Both the position numbers and the translations under genes were made by a program. From an uncultured Gemmatimonas sp. (lineage in GTDB: Bacteria > Gemmatimonadota > Gemmatimonadetes > Gemmatimonadales > Gemmatimonadaceae), in NCBI GenBank assembly GCA_964431565.1, contig CAYSKN010000001.1:1-46887 (forward strand): DNA of 46,887 nt, read 5' to 3'. Shown piece by piece: positions 17,828 to 27,722 of the stretch (position 1 is the first letter of the stretch; every line of letters starts with the position of its first letter). The notes below the pieces were generated by a model. It had not been told where the DNA came from, made no database searches, and saw only the letters and a list, made by a program, of their open reading frames with translations.

Positions 17828-19270
17828 ATGACCCACCACACCACTGACGTGACGCCTTCCCTGAGATTGCTGGCGGTGTTTCTTGCGAGCGCCCTGATCA
17901 GTGCATGTGCCACCAATCCTGTAACCGGTCGGCGCGAGCTCTCGCTCATTTCTGAAGCACAGGAGATCCAGATGGGCCGCGAGGCCTCAGCCGGTGATCT
18001 TCAGCGCGTTGGTGAAGTGACCCAACCCGAAGTGCAGGCGATGGTGCGGCGTATCGGAATGGCCATGGCCACTCACTCGGAGCGGCCTAACCTCCCATGG
18101 GAGTTTCATGTACTGGATGATGCTGCAGTAAACGCATTTGCCTATCCTGGCGGCTTCATCTTCGTCACGCGTGGCCTGCTCACGAACATCAGCAGCGAGG
18201 CAGAACTGGCCGAAGTGATCGGTCACGAGATCGGGCACGTGACGGCCAAGCACTCGGTAGTGGCCATGAGTCAGCAGCAGCTCGCTCAGATCGGATTGGT
18301 GGGAGCAAGCATCTTCTCCTCCACCGTGGCGAAATACGGTGACCTCATTGGAGGTGGGGCTTCATTGCTGTTTCTCAAGTTTGGACGCGACGACGAGCTG
18401 CAGGCGGACGCGCTGGGATTCAGGTACTCACTCGCGCAGGGTTTCGATGTGCGCGAATCGCCCAGGGTGTTCGAGATGCTCGGTCGTCTTTCGGGAGGAG
18501 AGGGCCGCATTCCTGAATGGCAGAGTACGCACCCGGATCCAGGAAATCGTGTGCAGCGCGCGGAGCAACGTATCGCCCAGCTTGCACCTGGCGTCCTGGA
18601 TACAACGAGGGTAGGTCGTGAAAGCTTTCTCAAGACGATTTCGGGCCTCGTGTTTGGTGAAAACCCGCGAAACGGCTACTTCGAAGGCACTCGCTTTCTA
18701 CATCCGGATCTCAGATTCCAACTTGACTTCCCAACTGGATGGAGGGTTGTCAATCAACCGGAAGCGGTGATCGCAGCGAGCGGGGACCACAGCGCACAGC
18801 TGCAGCTCGTGCCTGCATCCGGGACACCTGCACAGGCAATGCAGTCATTTCTGAAACAGGAAGGCATTGCAGTGCGACAATCATCGCAAGTGACTGTGAA
18901 CGGACTGGCCGGAGCCAGCGCAGCATTTCAGGTTGTCACGCAGGAGGGAGACCTCGAGGGTCGCGCCCTTGCCGTGAGCCACCAGCAGCAGACCTACATG
19001 CTGCTGGGATTGACGGTTCCCCAGGCCGCAGCTATGCACGGCCCGGAAATCGATGCTTCATTGCGCTCCTTCCGTGCGCTTACGGATCCGGTTGCTCTCA
19101 ACAGACAGCCAATGCGTGTGGAACTTGTAACGCTCGATCAGGCGATGACCGGTTCGCAATTCGTGCAGCGTTATTCGGGCGGTGTGCCGGCAGAGCAGAT
19201 ATACATTGCCAACGGTATCGAAGCGACGACTCAGTTGCCGAGGGGGATGGTGCTCAAGCGCGTCCGGTGA
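17828..19270 (+). CDS. M48 family zinc metalloprotease lipoprotein (BepA/YfgC-like) with C-terminal extension
   Basis: Lipobox LISAC, ATNPVTG, VNAFAYPGG, HEIGH, ELQAD, STHP. AGGAGG lies just before ATG 17828. Confidence 0.9.
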   Translation: MTHHTTDVTPSLRLLAVFLASALISACATNPVTGRRELSLISEAQEIQMGREASAGDLQRVGEVTQPEVQAMVRRIGMAMATHSERPNLPWEFHVLDDAAVNAFAYPGGFIFVTRGLLTNISSEAELAEVIGHEIGHVTAKHSVVAMSQQQLAQIGLVGASIFSSTVAKYGDLIGGGASLLFLKFGRDDELQADALGFRYSLAQGFDVRESPRVFEMLGRLSGGEGRIPEWQSTHPDPGNRVQRAEQRIAQLAPGVLDTTRVGRESFLKTISGLVFGENPRNGYFEGTRFLHPDLRFQLDFPTGWRVVNQPEAVIAASGDHSAQLQLVPASGTPAQAMQSFLKQEGIAVRQSSQVTVNGLAGASAAFQVVTQEGDLEGRALAVSHQQQTYMLLGLTVPQAAAMHGPEIDASLRSFRALTDPVALNRQPMRVELVTLDQAMTGSQFVQRYSGGVPAEQIYIANGIEATTQLPRGMVLKRVR

Positions 19271-20655
19271 GTGACGCAACCATTCCGCGCGAGCTGCTCG
19301 CCTGGCGAGCCTGGGGAGAAGCGCACCGCCTGGCGATTGGTGTACGGGATCAGGAGTTCCGTGATCTTGTGCATCGCATTGATGGTGGACCGATACATGT
19401 GTGCCCTCCCGTGGTTCTCTGCCCGGACGGCGAGGTGGCGTTTGAACGCATGCGCCAGGCCATCGAATCGGCTCGTGAGGAAGTACTGCTCGAGACATAC
19501 ATCCTGCGTGATGACAGGGTAGGCGAAGCAGTCCGGCTCGAACTGATTGCTGCTGTCCGCAGGGGTGTGAAGGCATACGTGCTTGCCGATGCAATCGGGT
19601 CGATGGCGACTGCTGAGCGCTACTGGCGCTCACTCAGGATGGGGGGAGTGCAGGTTCGGCTCTTTCAGCGGATATGGCGTCATCCGCTGGAAGCGTTGCG
19701 CAGGGACCATCGCAAGATCCTGGTGGTTGACAGGTATGTCGGCTTCACCGGTGGCATGAACATCGGCGAGGAGTATGGATCCAGTCCCTTTCGTCGCCGT
19801 CCCATCGGGCGTGAGGGATGGAAAGAGGCATGGCGTGACACCTTCGTCGAACTCCACGGGGCAGTCGTGCAGGAGCTCGCAGCTGTCTTTGCCGAGGGTT
19901 GGGATCGTGCTGGCGGTTCCGATCTTCCGGGGCTCGAATATGTGAGCTGGGCCCGGGGCATCATTCATCCACCCGGAGGGTGGCGCGGTGCGCTGATACC
20001 TAGGGCGTGGCGATCACGCTGGCAGTTGCAATTCGGGACCCACCGGGACCGGGTGCGTGGGCGCCGTGTCCAACGGGTGGCGGCGGTGGTGGCTCAGGCT
20101 GATGTGCCGGGCGTCATCGTGATGGATCCGCGTCCCGGACGTGCCCAGAAGGAAATGCTCACTGTGCTTGCCGCACTTGTCGGTACTGCAAGGCGCCGTC
20201 TCTGGATCACGACTCCCTACTTTGCACCGCCAACACGTGCGCTCAGGCTGCTTGCAGGCGCTGCTGAGCGTGGTGTGGATGTTCGCCTGCTGCTGTCGGG
20301 CGAACGGACCGATGTGCCAATAATACGTCACGCTGCACATGGCTCGTATAGCACGTTGCTGTCGCACGGAGTGCGTATTTTTGAGTACCAGAAGGCGATA
20401 CTTCACGCAAAATCACTGGTTGTAGACAGCCACGCTGGCGTCGTGGGCTCGTCCAATCTGGACTTCAGGTCCTTCTGGCTAAACGCTGAGTGCAATGTGC
20501 TCATCTTTGATGATTCGTTTGGACAGGCGCTCGACGAGTGTTTCAGGGATGATCTGCGTGCAAGTGTGGAGATCATGCCTGGGCAGTGGCGTGAACGCAC
20601 GATGGCGCATAGGGCTCTTGATCGTGCCGCCAGGGGACTGCGCTGGGCACTTTGA
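19267..20655 (+). CDS. clsB: Cardiolipin synthase B-like phospholipase D
   Basis: Two HKD motifs (RDHRKILVVD..GFTGGMNI and LHAKSLVVD..GSSNLD); no N-terminal TM. GTG start at 19267 overlaps the upstream stop (GTGA). Confidence 0.85.
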   Translation: MSDATIPRELLAWRAWGEAHRLAIGVRDQEFRDLVHRIDGGPIHVCPPVVLCPDGEVAFERMRQAIESAREEVLLETYILRDDRVGEAVRLELIAAVRRGVKAYVLADAIGSMATAERYWRSLRMGGVQVRLFQRIWRHPLEALRRDHRKILVVDRYVGFTGGMNIGEEYGSSPFRRRPIGREGWKEAWRDTFVELHGAVVQELAAVFAEGWDRAGGSDLPGLEYVSWARGIIHPPGGWRGALIPRAWRSRWQLQFGTHRDRVRGRRVQRVAAVVAQADVPGVIVMDPRPGRAQKEMLTVLAALVGTARRRLWITTPYFAPPTRALRLLAGAAERGVDVRLLLSGERTDVPIIRHAAHGSYSTLLSHGVRIFEYQKAILHAKSLVVDSHAGVVGSSNLDFRSFWLNAECNVLIFDDSFGQALDECFRDDLRASVEIMPGQWRERTMAHRALDRAARGLRWAL

Positions 20656-20780
20656 TGTGAGCCTTCCTGCAGTATCGGGTGCACGCACTCAATATCCATC
20701 TTTACCGTACGGGATTTCCCTACAACTACCATTGGGACTCCCCGATGGAGGGTGTCGGCCACGCCTGTGACCATTGAGCC

Positions 20781-21701
20781 ATGTCAGTTCACGCCGAAAC
20801 CCAGCCGGGCGTCTCCGGGGCGTCCGCCGTCTCCCGGCGTGGGCCTATTCTGATTGCCTGCGACGGCACGGCCCTGTCCAACGATGCACTCTACAGGGCT
20901 GCACGCCTTGCGGCGGCGGCGTTTGATGCACCCATAGAGATGGTGGGAGTCTGCGAACCCATTTCGGGAGTGGCGGGCAGCTCAGAGATCCTGCCTGTGC
21001 CTGCGGAACTGGACGAGTCCCGACGGCAGACGATGCTGGGTGACCTACGACGTTCCGCATCCATTGCTGCCTCGGGTGACCCGACATGGCCGATCGCCGT
21101 GCTGACCGGCTCTCCTGCGCATACGCTTGCCAGGGAGGCTGGCGCGCGTGGAGCCACACTCATTGTGATGGGCCTGGGGCGTCACAATCCGCTGGATCGC
21201 CTTTTCGGTGCGGAGACCACCCTTGCAACACTCAGGGAATCAGTCGTGCCGGTTCTTGCTGTTGGCACGGACTTTCCCAAGAAGCCCATGCATGTTGTGG
21301 TTGGTCTCGACTTCAGTCCCTCGAGCGAGCGAGCTGCCAGGATGGCCGTGCGCATGCTGGATGCAGGCGGTCATATCACGCTTGTTCACGTGCGTCCCCG
21401 CTTCGAGCATCCTTCAGCCGACTGGCAGGCATGGGATGCTGCATACGGACGTACGCTGTCGCCTCTTTTCGAACAGGTGAGCGCGTCGCTTGAAGCCCCC
21501 GAGGGTATACACGTGAAGACGGTGGCTGTACGTGGAGATCCCGCGCCAGCGCTCCTCTCGTATGCACAGCAGGTCAATGCTGAGCTGATCGCGGTAGGGA
21601 CCCAGAGACACAGTCTCTATGAGCGTCTTGTGGTTGGTTCCGTGGCAACACGTGTGTTGCGCACCGCAAGATGCGGAGTCCTTGCCGTTCCGGAAGTCTG
21701 A
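20781..21701 (+). CDS. Tandem-domain universal stress protein
   Basis: ILIACDG..., LIVMG..G, VVVGLDFS, LIAVG...VGSVATRVLRTARCGVLAVP. Confidence 0.9.
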   Translation: MSVHAETQPGVSGASAVSRRGPILIACDGTALSNDALYRAARLAAAAFDAPIEMVGVCEPISGVAGSSEILPVPAELDESRRQTMLGDLRRSASIAASGDPTWPIAVLTGSPAHTLAREAGARGATLIVMGLGRHNPLDRLFGAETTLATLRESVVPVLAVGTDFPKKPMHVVVGLDFSPSSERAARMAVRMLDAGGHITLVHVRPRFEHPSADWQAWDAAYGRTLSPLFEQVSASLEAPEGIHVKTVAVRGDPAPALLSYAQQVNAELIAVGTQRHSLYERLVVGSVATRVLRTARCGVLAVPEV

Positions 21702-21812
21702 GCTTGTGGTGAATCGGCCAGGCCGCGCTTGACACTGGGGACATGAAGGCCGGCACACTCGCGAACACTCCGAGGAGATCTTCGTTGCACAGGCGGCTCT
21801 GGCGGTACGTAC

Positions 21813-22826
21813 TCAGAAAATGCGCAGATTAAGATACCTGCGCGGATTCTTCTGGACGTCGGCCACCAACTCTCTCAACTCACGGACAAGCGAGTCACTC
21901 TGACGATAGAGTGCAGGATCGTTGATCATGAGACCCAGGGTGCCGGTAGTGTCATTGACCTTCTCGAGCACAGAATCGGCGCGTGCCATTATGGCTGCCA
22001 ATCGTGTCTCGGTGCGTTCGAGTCGGGTTGTAAGATCACGCAGGTTCCCTGTCGCGGCGAGCAACTCTTTCGATGCCTGCTGTGAGTGCATCACTATCTG
22101 CTGGAGTTCGCCGCGGCTGGTTGCGGAATCCACTCGGCTCGAGAATGTATTGAGTCTGTCGGCGGCAGCGTTGATGCGACTGAGACCCGTACGTACATCG
22201 CCGCCTATCTGATCCAGGTTCTTCGACTGGGCATCGATGGTAGTGGCGAGCGCCGATGAGAGACGTGCGATGTTGCGGATGGACTCCCGCAGCTCTCTGG
22301 CTGCCTCGTCATCGAATGCAACCTGTACGCGGTCAGCTACCTTGGCCACATCACCGGCGAGTCGGCCGGCGACGGTGGTGAGCTGCGCTATGTCTGGCAT
22401 GACCGCGCCTGCCAGGGTGTCGCCCTCCGTCCGGGCTTCCTGAATCGCTGCCTTAAGATCACGATCGGCCGGCACGCCGGCAGCGGTGGTTATTGTCGCC
22501 TGCCATTCCCCGAAGAGACTCGATGCTGCAAGCATAACGACAGGATCGGGCGGGAGCGGAACGTCGCGATGGAGCCCTTGGGTGATTACTCCCCAACCAG
22601 GTGCGCCCAGTGAAATCGACTCTACCCGTCCCGAGCGCACACCTCTTATCACGACAGGATTGCCAAGCGCAACGCCACCAACCTCGCGGCTGCGTACCAC
22701 GATCTGGCGCTTGCGGCCACTCAGGTCGGTCTGTCTGACCCAGAGCACAGCACCCACGAGCAGCACCGTGACAACAAGCACGGTGATCCCCACCACGAAG
22801 TCGCTGGCTCTCCTGGATGTGGTCAT
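21813..22826 (-). CDS. mlaD: MlaD/MCE-domain protein with a long helical region
   Basis: Start MTTSRRASDFVVG; N-terminal TM; GGVALGNPVVIRGVRSGRV (MCE); SLFGE; C-terminal GTLGLMIND..KNPRRY. Confidence 0.88.
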   Translation of the reverse strand: MTTSRRASDFVVGITVLVVTVLLVGAVLWVRQTDLSGRKRQIVVRSREVGGVALGNPVVIRGVRSGRVESISLGAPGWGVITQGLHRDVPLPPDPVVMLAASSLFGEWQATITTAAGVPADRDLKAAIQEARTEGDTLAGAVMPDIAQLTTVAGRLAGDVAKVADRVQVAFDDEAARELRESIRNIARLSSALATTIDAQSKNLDQIGGDVRTGLSRINAAADRLNTFSSRVDSATSRGELQQIVMHSQQASKELLAATGNLRDLTTRLERTETRLAAIMARADSVLEKVNDTTGTLGLMINDPALYRQSDSLVRELRELVADVQKNPRRYLNLRIF

Positions 22827-22882
22827 TTCTTCGTCAGACAGGAAGTCATGATACTTAAGATCGGCACATGGCGCACGATGGG

Positions 22883-23719
22883 CTACCTCAGTGTCCGACC
22901 GGTCAGCCAGACGAGTGCCCAGAAGGCATCGAGGACCAGGATCATGACCGCCGAAATCACTACGGCGCTCGTAGCCGACCTGCCGACGCCCTGAGCACCA
23001 CCGCGGCTGCGAAGTCCGGCTCTGCAACCAATGAGCGCAACTGCTGCGCCGAAACTGGCGGACTTCACCAGGCCGTAGCGCACATCGAAGACCTCGAAGA
23101 AGAGGCGTACCCCCTTGAGAAACTGCGGTGTCGTCATGTCGAGCAGGACAAGGGAAGCAATCCAGCCCGAAAGAAGACCAGTGAGCATAGCTGCGGCGAC
23201 GACTATCGGAAACATTACCGCCGAGGCCAACACGCGCGGTACCACGAGATAGCTCATCGGATCGAATGTGAGTGTCTCCAGGGCGTCTATCTGTTCGGTG
23301 ACGCTCATGGTTCCGAGTTCAGCGGCGATGTTTGCGCCCACGCGCCCGGCGAGTGCGAGGCCGGTGAGTACGGGTGCCAGCTCCAGCACCACGGTCTTCT
23401 GCACCAGCGTGCCTACGAAGTGTGGCGGCACCAGATCACCGACACTGTAACTTGCCAAGAGGGCCAGCACGATGCCGGTGAACAGAGCGATGAAGACCCC
23501 TATGGGCAGCGACTCGACACCCAGCACACGTGCATGTGTCGAGAATTGGGGAAGCCACTGCGAAGTGTCTTTCGTGGCCCGCAGGACATTCATCACGAAT
23601 CGTGTTCCCATGCCGACCGGCTCGATGAGACGCCGTGTCGCCCGACCGATGGTGCTGACGCGGGCATGCCATCTGTCAGCGGCCGGAGGAAGAGCCGACT
23701 GCCCCGTGGAGGCGGACAT
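22883..23719 (-). CDS. mlaE: MlaE family ABC transporter permease
   Basis: LELAPVLTGLALAGRVGANIAAELGTMSVTEQIDALE and GGAQGVGRSATSAVV motifs. ATG at 23719 overlaps the upstream stop (TGATG). Confidence 0.92.
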   Translation of the reverse strand: MSASTGQSALPPAADRWHARVSTIGRATRRLIEPVGMGTRFVMNVLRATKDTSQWLPQFSTHARVLGVESLPIGVFIALFTGIVLALLASYSVGDLVPPHFVGTLVQKTVVLELAPVLTGLALAGRVGANIAAELGTMSVTEQIDALETLTFDPMSYLVVPRVLASAVMFPIVVAAAMLTGLLSGWIASLVLLDMTTPQFLKGVRLFFEVFDVRYGLVKSASFGAAVALIGCRAGLRSRGGAQGVGRSATSAVVISAVMILVLDAFWALVWLTGRTLR

Positions 23720-25086
23720 CACCAAGTTCTCACTACGCCCAGCCCAGTGGCCGCTGCCAGTAGCAGCAAGCCACCTGCGACGTACCACCGGTAGCGACCT
23801 GTGCCAAGAGCCATCGCGATCGTCAGTTTGAGCATGGTGTTGGACAGGACACCGATTCCGACAGCAACGGCCGCAGTGTGTACGTACCGGGCGTCCGAAC
23901 CGTAGCGTGCCATGGTGAGAGTGAGCGCATCGACGTTGGTAAGCCCCAACAGGGTTGCTGACGCGAGAATCCCGGGTTCTCCTGCTGTGTGCTGTATCCA
24001 GGCTACAGCGAACAAAACGAGCTGAAAAGCCGCTGCCATCTGTAATGACGACCACAGGCCGAGGGGGTTTTCCCCGAGTCCGGCTTCGATACGATTGCCG
24101 CCGGCATCGGTTGTTGGATGTCCTTTGTGCTGCTGCCACAGTCCAAGTGCGATGAGGCCAACACCCACCAGAAACGCAGGTGCCAGTACCGCCATGGCCG
24201 CGACACCGACCGTCGGTTGCAACAGGATGGAGATAATCACTACGCGCGGCACGAGCACTGTGCAGGCGGCAACGACGCCAATTGCTAGTGGTAGTGCAAC
24301 AGGGTCGCCGGGAACTCCGGCCGACCGGCGCGTACTTGTGCCGACTGTCGTCTCGTCCGCGTGACGGTTGTTGGCGGGAACCTTCTTGCCGTCAATATTG
24401 CTGCGCCGGCTGAACACGAGTGTAACGGCGGTGGAAGAGACCAGGCCACCCAGCAGTCCGGTCACTGCCAGACCGTATGCCTCACCGATTATGCGCCTTG
24501 CGATATAGCCGGCGAAATTCAGCGCTGAGAAGATCAGGACGACGATCCAGAGCTGTCGCGGTTGGAAGGCATCATACGGGCCAAACGCACCGCCGGGAAT
24601 GAGAGGGAGAATCACAAGCGCAAGAACTGCAAAGTGAAACGCAGCACGCATCTCGTTGGGTGCCACGCGGGTCAACGCCCTCTGGAATCTCGATTTCTCA
24701 GCGAGCAACAGTACCGTTACCGCGGCTGCTCCGCTCGCTGCAGCGCGAAACCCCAGTCCGGATGCAACTCCCAATGCCACCACCAGTATTGCAACCACCT
24801 CGGTGGTGCTGTCAGAAGAGGTGCCCGGGCGCAACATTGCCATCACATAGGCTGCCACCACAAACGCGAGGCTGCCGGCCATCACCAGCGCACCCGCCAG
24901 GTGCTGGTCAGTCCGCAGGAACCAGCCAGCGAATCCGCCTATCGCACCCAACAGGGCAAACGTGCGTATTCCGCCAAAACGACCGTCAGGGCCATGGGTG
25001 TGCCCCGACAATTCCCGTTCGGTGCCAACTGCAAGGCCAACAAGGGTGGCGACCAGCAGGTCGAAAGCGAGGGTCAGGTCTAGCAT
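23719..25086 (-). CDS. MgtC/SapB family membrane protein with DUF4010 domain
   Basis: GLAVGTERE, GGIRTFALL, STTE, GLLGGLVSSTAVT, NP and GLTNVDALT motifs; many TM helices. Start MLDLTLAF. Confidence 0.88.
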   Translation of the reverse strand: MLDLTLAFDLLVATLVGLAVGTERELSGHTHGPDGRFGGIRTFALLGAIGGFAGWFLRTDQHLAGALVMAGSLAFVVAAYVMAMLRPGTSSDSTTEVVAILVVALGVASGLGFRAAASGAAAVTVLLLAEKSRFQRALTRVAPNEMRAAFHFAVLALVILPLIPGGAFGPYDAFQPRQLWIVVLIFSALNFAGYIARRIIGEAYGLAVTGLLGGLVSSTAVTLVFSRRSNIDGKKVPANNRHADETTVGTSTRRSAGVPGDPVALPLAIGVVAACTVLVPRVVIISILLQPTVGVAAMAVLAPAFLVGVGLIALGLWQQHKGHPTTDAGGNRIEAGLGENPLGLWSSLQMAAAFQLVLFAVAWIQHTAGEPGILASATLLGLTNVDALTLTMARYGSDARYVHTAAVAVGIGVLSNTMLKLTIAMALGTGRYRWYVAGGLLLLAAATGLGVVRTW

Positions 25087-25154
25087 TGGGGCAACGTATG
25101 CCAATTCCGACCGAGTGCGAGAGGAATCCCCTGATGCGCACATTCTGCTCTTTC

Positions 25155-25170
25155 ATCCGGATATCCAGAT
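25155..25170. promoter_or_regulatory. Putative SahR/SamR operator (imperfect palindrome)
   Basis: ATCCGGATATCCAGAT matches its reverse complement at 14 of 16 positions. It lies immediately upstream of the ArsR-methyltransferase/ahcY operon and resembles the ATC-N10-GAT SahR-type site. Confidence 0.65.
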
Positions 25171-25181
25171 ATATTATCCAC

Positions 25182-26147
25182 GTGACTACGCAGCGTCTGC
25201 CCATCCATGATCGTCTGATGGAGCTCGCGGATCCCACGCGAAGTCGGCTTCTTTCGGCTATCGAGCGGCAGGAGCTGACTGTGGGCGAGTTGGCGACGGC
25301 GCTGCGGCTTCCTCAGAGCACGGTCAGCCGACATCTCAGGATTCTGGCCGACCAGGGCTGGGCGGCTTCACGTGCAGAAGGTACGAGTCGGTGGTACCGG
25401 CTGCATCCTCAGCTCTTTGGTTCAATGCTGTCACTGTGGAACCTCGTGCGTGAGGCTCACGTCTCCTCGGCGGGAGCGCTTCAGGACGCAGCGCGTGTGG
25501 ATGCCGTGCTGGCAGCCAGACGCAGCGTCTCGCAGAACTTCTTTGATTCTGCGAGCGCCGAATGGGATGCACTGCGGAGCGAACTGTTCGGTGCACGGGC
25601 GGATCTTCTTGGCGCACTTGCCCTGCTCGATCCCTCGCTCGTGGTGGGCGATCTGGGCTGCGGAACGGGTGCACTCAGCGCTGCGCTCGCACCGCATGTG
25701 GCGCGCGTCTACGCCGTCGATGCTTCGCCGGCAATGCTGTCCGCTGCGGCCGATCGTCTGTCTGGTTTCGACAATGTCATGACGGCGAAAGGTCTTCTCG
25801 AAGCGTTACCAATCGAGAGCGGCGAGCTTGATGCAGCTGTGATCATGCTGGTGCTGCATCATGTGACCGATCCGCTGTGTGCACTGAGGGAGGTGCATCG
25901 TGTGCTGCGTCCCGGCGGGCGCCTGCTGCTCGTGGACATGCAGTCGCACGCCAAAGAGCGTTATCGCGAAACCATGGGCCATGTGTGGCTGGGCTTTGAT
26001 GAGAGCGCAGTGGGTTCGTGGCTGACGGAGGCAGGGTTCGTCTCGGTGCGATACAGGGCGCTTCCGGCTGCCCCGGCAGCGAGTGGGCCAGCGCTCTTCA
26101 CATGCACTGCAGTGATGATGCCTGATCCTGTGATGGTTGTAGCGTAA
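25182..26147 (+). CDS. sahR: ArsR-HTH / SAM-dependent methyltransferase-fold transcriptional regulator (SahR/SamR type)
   Basis: LADPTRSRLL..ELTVGELATALRLPQSTVSRHLRIL (ArsR) fused to VVGDLGCGTG..VDAS..LRPGGRLLLVD; directly upstream of ahcY. Probable GTG start at 25182. Confidence 0.85.
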   Translation: MTTQRLPIHDRLMELADPTRSRLLSAIERQELTVGELATALRLPQSTVSRHLRILADQGWAASRAEGTSRWYRLHPQLFGSMLSLWNLVREAHVSSAGALQDAARVDAVLAARRSVSQNFFDSASAEWDALRSELFGARADLLGALALLDPSLVVGDLGCGTGALSAALAPHVARVYAVDASPAMLSAAADRLSGFDNVMTAKGLLEALPIESGELDAAVIMLVLHHVTDPLCALREVHRVLRPGGRLLLVDMQSHAKERYRETMGHVWLGFDESAVGSWLTEAGFVSVRYRALPAAPAASGPALFTCTAVMMPDPVMVVA

Positions 26148-26197
26148 GAACAAGCCAGTATCACCACCGATTTTCATTCTGACCGTACATACAAGCC

Positions 26198-27688
26198 ATG
26201 ACCACTTCCATTATGACCGAACAGGGCGTTACTGGCGGTACGATGCCCGATCGTCCTGCACTTGCTGTGCGGGATCTTTCCCTGGCCGAATGGGGCCGCA
26301 AGGAGATACGTCTGGCAGAGCAGGAGATGCCTGGATTGATGGCGCTTCGCACCGAGCATTCCGGCCGGCTTCCACTCAAGGGTGCCCGGATCATGGGCTC
26401 GCTGCACATGACGGTACAGACGGCGGTGCTCATAGAGACGCTCGTGGAACTTGGTGCAGAGGTGCGCTGGGTGTCATGCAACATCTTTTCCACACAGGAC
26501 CATGCGGCTGCTGCTGTGGCGGTGGGCCCGCATGGCACGCCCGACGCTCCGCGTGGAGTACCGGTGTTTGCGTGGAAGGGCGAGACGCTTGAGGAATATT
26601 GGTGGTGCACCGAGCAGGCACTTATGTGGCCAGACGGTTCCGGCCCCAATCTGCTTCTGGATGACGGTGGAGATGCCACATTGCTCGTGCACCGGGGAGC
26701 CGAATATGAGCGTGCGGGTCGGGTGCCGGCCTTTGATGAAGACAACGAGCCCGAGGAATGGGGCGTGATACTCGGGTTGCTGCGTGCCGAGCAGAAGCGA
26801 AACCCGGGCCGTTGGACGCGGGTCGTTGGAGGTATTCGCGGCGTATCAGAAGAAACCACCACCGGTGTGCATCGTCTTTATGAAATGGAGCGTGCCGGCA
26901 CACTGGCGTTTCCGGCCATAAACGTGAATGACTCCGTAACCAAGTCGAAGTTCGATAATCTGTACGGTTGCAGGCACTCGGTGATCGACGGACTCAATCG
27001 TGCCACCGACGTAATGCTGGCTGGCAAGATCTGCGTGGTGCTGGGTTATGGCGATGTGGGTAAGGGTTGTGCACAGGCCCTGAAGGGTCAGGGTGCGCGT
27101 GTAGTGGTAACCGAGATCGACCCGATATGCGCATTGCAGGCGACGCTTGAGGGCTATCAGGTGACCACAATGGACGACGTCGTGGAGCAGGCCGATGTGT
27201 TTGTATCGGCAACCGGCAACAAGGATGTCATCACTGTCGGACACATGAACCGAATGAAGGACAAGGCCATCGTGTCGAACATCGGGCATTTCGACAACGA
27301 GATAGACATGGCTGGGCTCAGGAAGGTGGAGGGCATGCAGCGCGTGAACATCAAGCCGCAGTATGACGAGTTCGTGTTTCCCAGCGGCAGGTCGATTCTT
27401 GTGCTGGCAGAGGGACGTCTTATGAACCTCGGCTGTGCAACGGGTCATCCGAGCTTCGTGATGAGCGCGAGCTTCAGCAACCAGGTGCTGGCTCAGCTCG
27501 AACTACATGCGCGGGCAGAGTCATACGAGAGGAAGGTCTACACACTGCCCAAGCATCTCGACGAGAAGGTGGCGCGGCTCCACCTGGACAAGCTGGGTGT
27601 CAAGCTGACCAGGCTCACCCAGGAGCAGGCCACATATATCGGAGTTCCCCTGGAGGGACCTTACAAGGCGGATCACTATAAGTACTGA
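26198..27688 (+). CDS. ahcY: Adenosylhomocysteinase
   Basis: [47 protein letters not shown] and GHPSFVMS motifs. Confidence 0.98.
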   Translation: MTTSIMTEQGVTGGTMPDRPALAVRDLSLAEWGRKEIRLAEQEMPGLMALRTEHSGRLPLKGARIMGSLHMTVQTAVLIETLVELGAEVRWVSCNIFSTQDHAAAAVAVGPHGTPDAPRGVPVFAWKGETLEEYWWCTEQALMWPDGSGPNLLLDDGGDATLLVHRGAEYERAGRVPAFDEDNEPEEWGVILGLLRAEQKRNPGRWTRVVGGIRGVSEETTTGVHRLYEMERAGTLAFPAINVNDSVTKSKFDNLYGCRHSVIDGLNRATDVMLAGKICVVLGYGDVGKGCAQALKGQGARVVVTEIDPICALQATLEGYQVTTMDDVVEQADVFVSATGNKDVITVGHMNRMKDKAIVSNIGHFDNEIDMAGLRKVEGMQRVNIKPQYDEFVFPSGRSILVLAEGRLMNLGCATGHPSFVMSASFSNQVLAQLELHARAESYERKVYTLPKHLDEKVARLHLDKLGVKLTRLTQEQATYIGVPLEGPYKADHYKY

Positions 27689-27722
27689 ACCTCCGGAGGT
27701 TGAGCAGGACGAGCTGAGGCGA

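Noticed and set aside
18739..19266. Long N-terminal extension of the PLD ORF
   Set aside because: Out-of-frame overlap with the M48 protease; the coupled GTG at 19267 is the better start.
19267..20655. PLD as a T6SS Tle5 lipase effector
   Set aside because: It looks like a housekeeping ClsB, is coupled to an M48 protease, and has no adjacent vgrG, PAAR or immunity gene.
24660..25181. N-terminal extension of the ArsR-methyltransferase ORF
   Set aside because: Mostly antisense overlap with the MgtC/DUF4010 gene; the ArsR domain starts right after 25182.
26148..26197. SAH or SAM riboswitch upstream of ahcY
   Set aside because: Only 50 nt with no riboswitch consensus; regulation is better explained by the SahR-type protein and operator.
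27688..27701. Perfect 14-bp palindrome AACCTCCGGAGGTT after ahcY
   Set aside because: Single occurrence with no loop or U-tract; at most a weak terminator between convergent genes.
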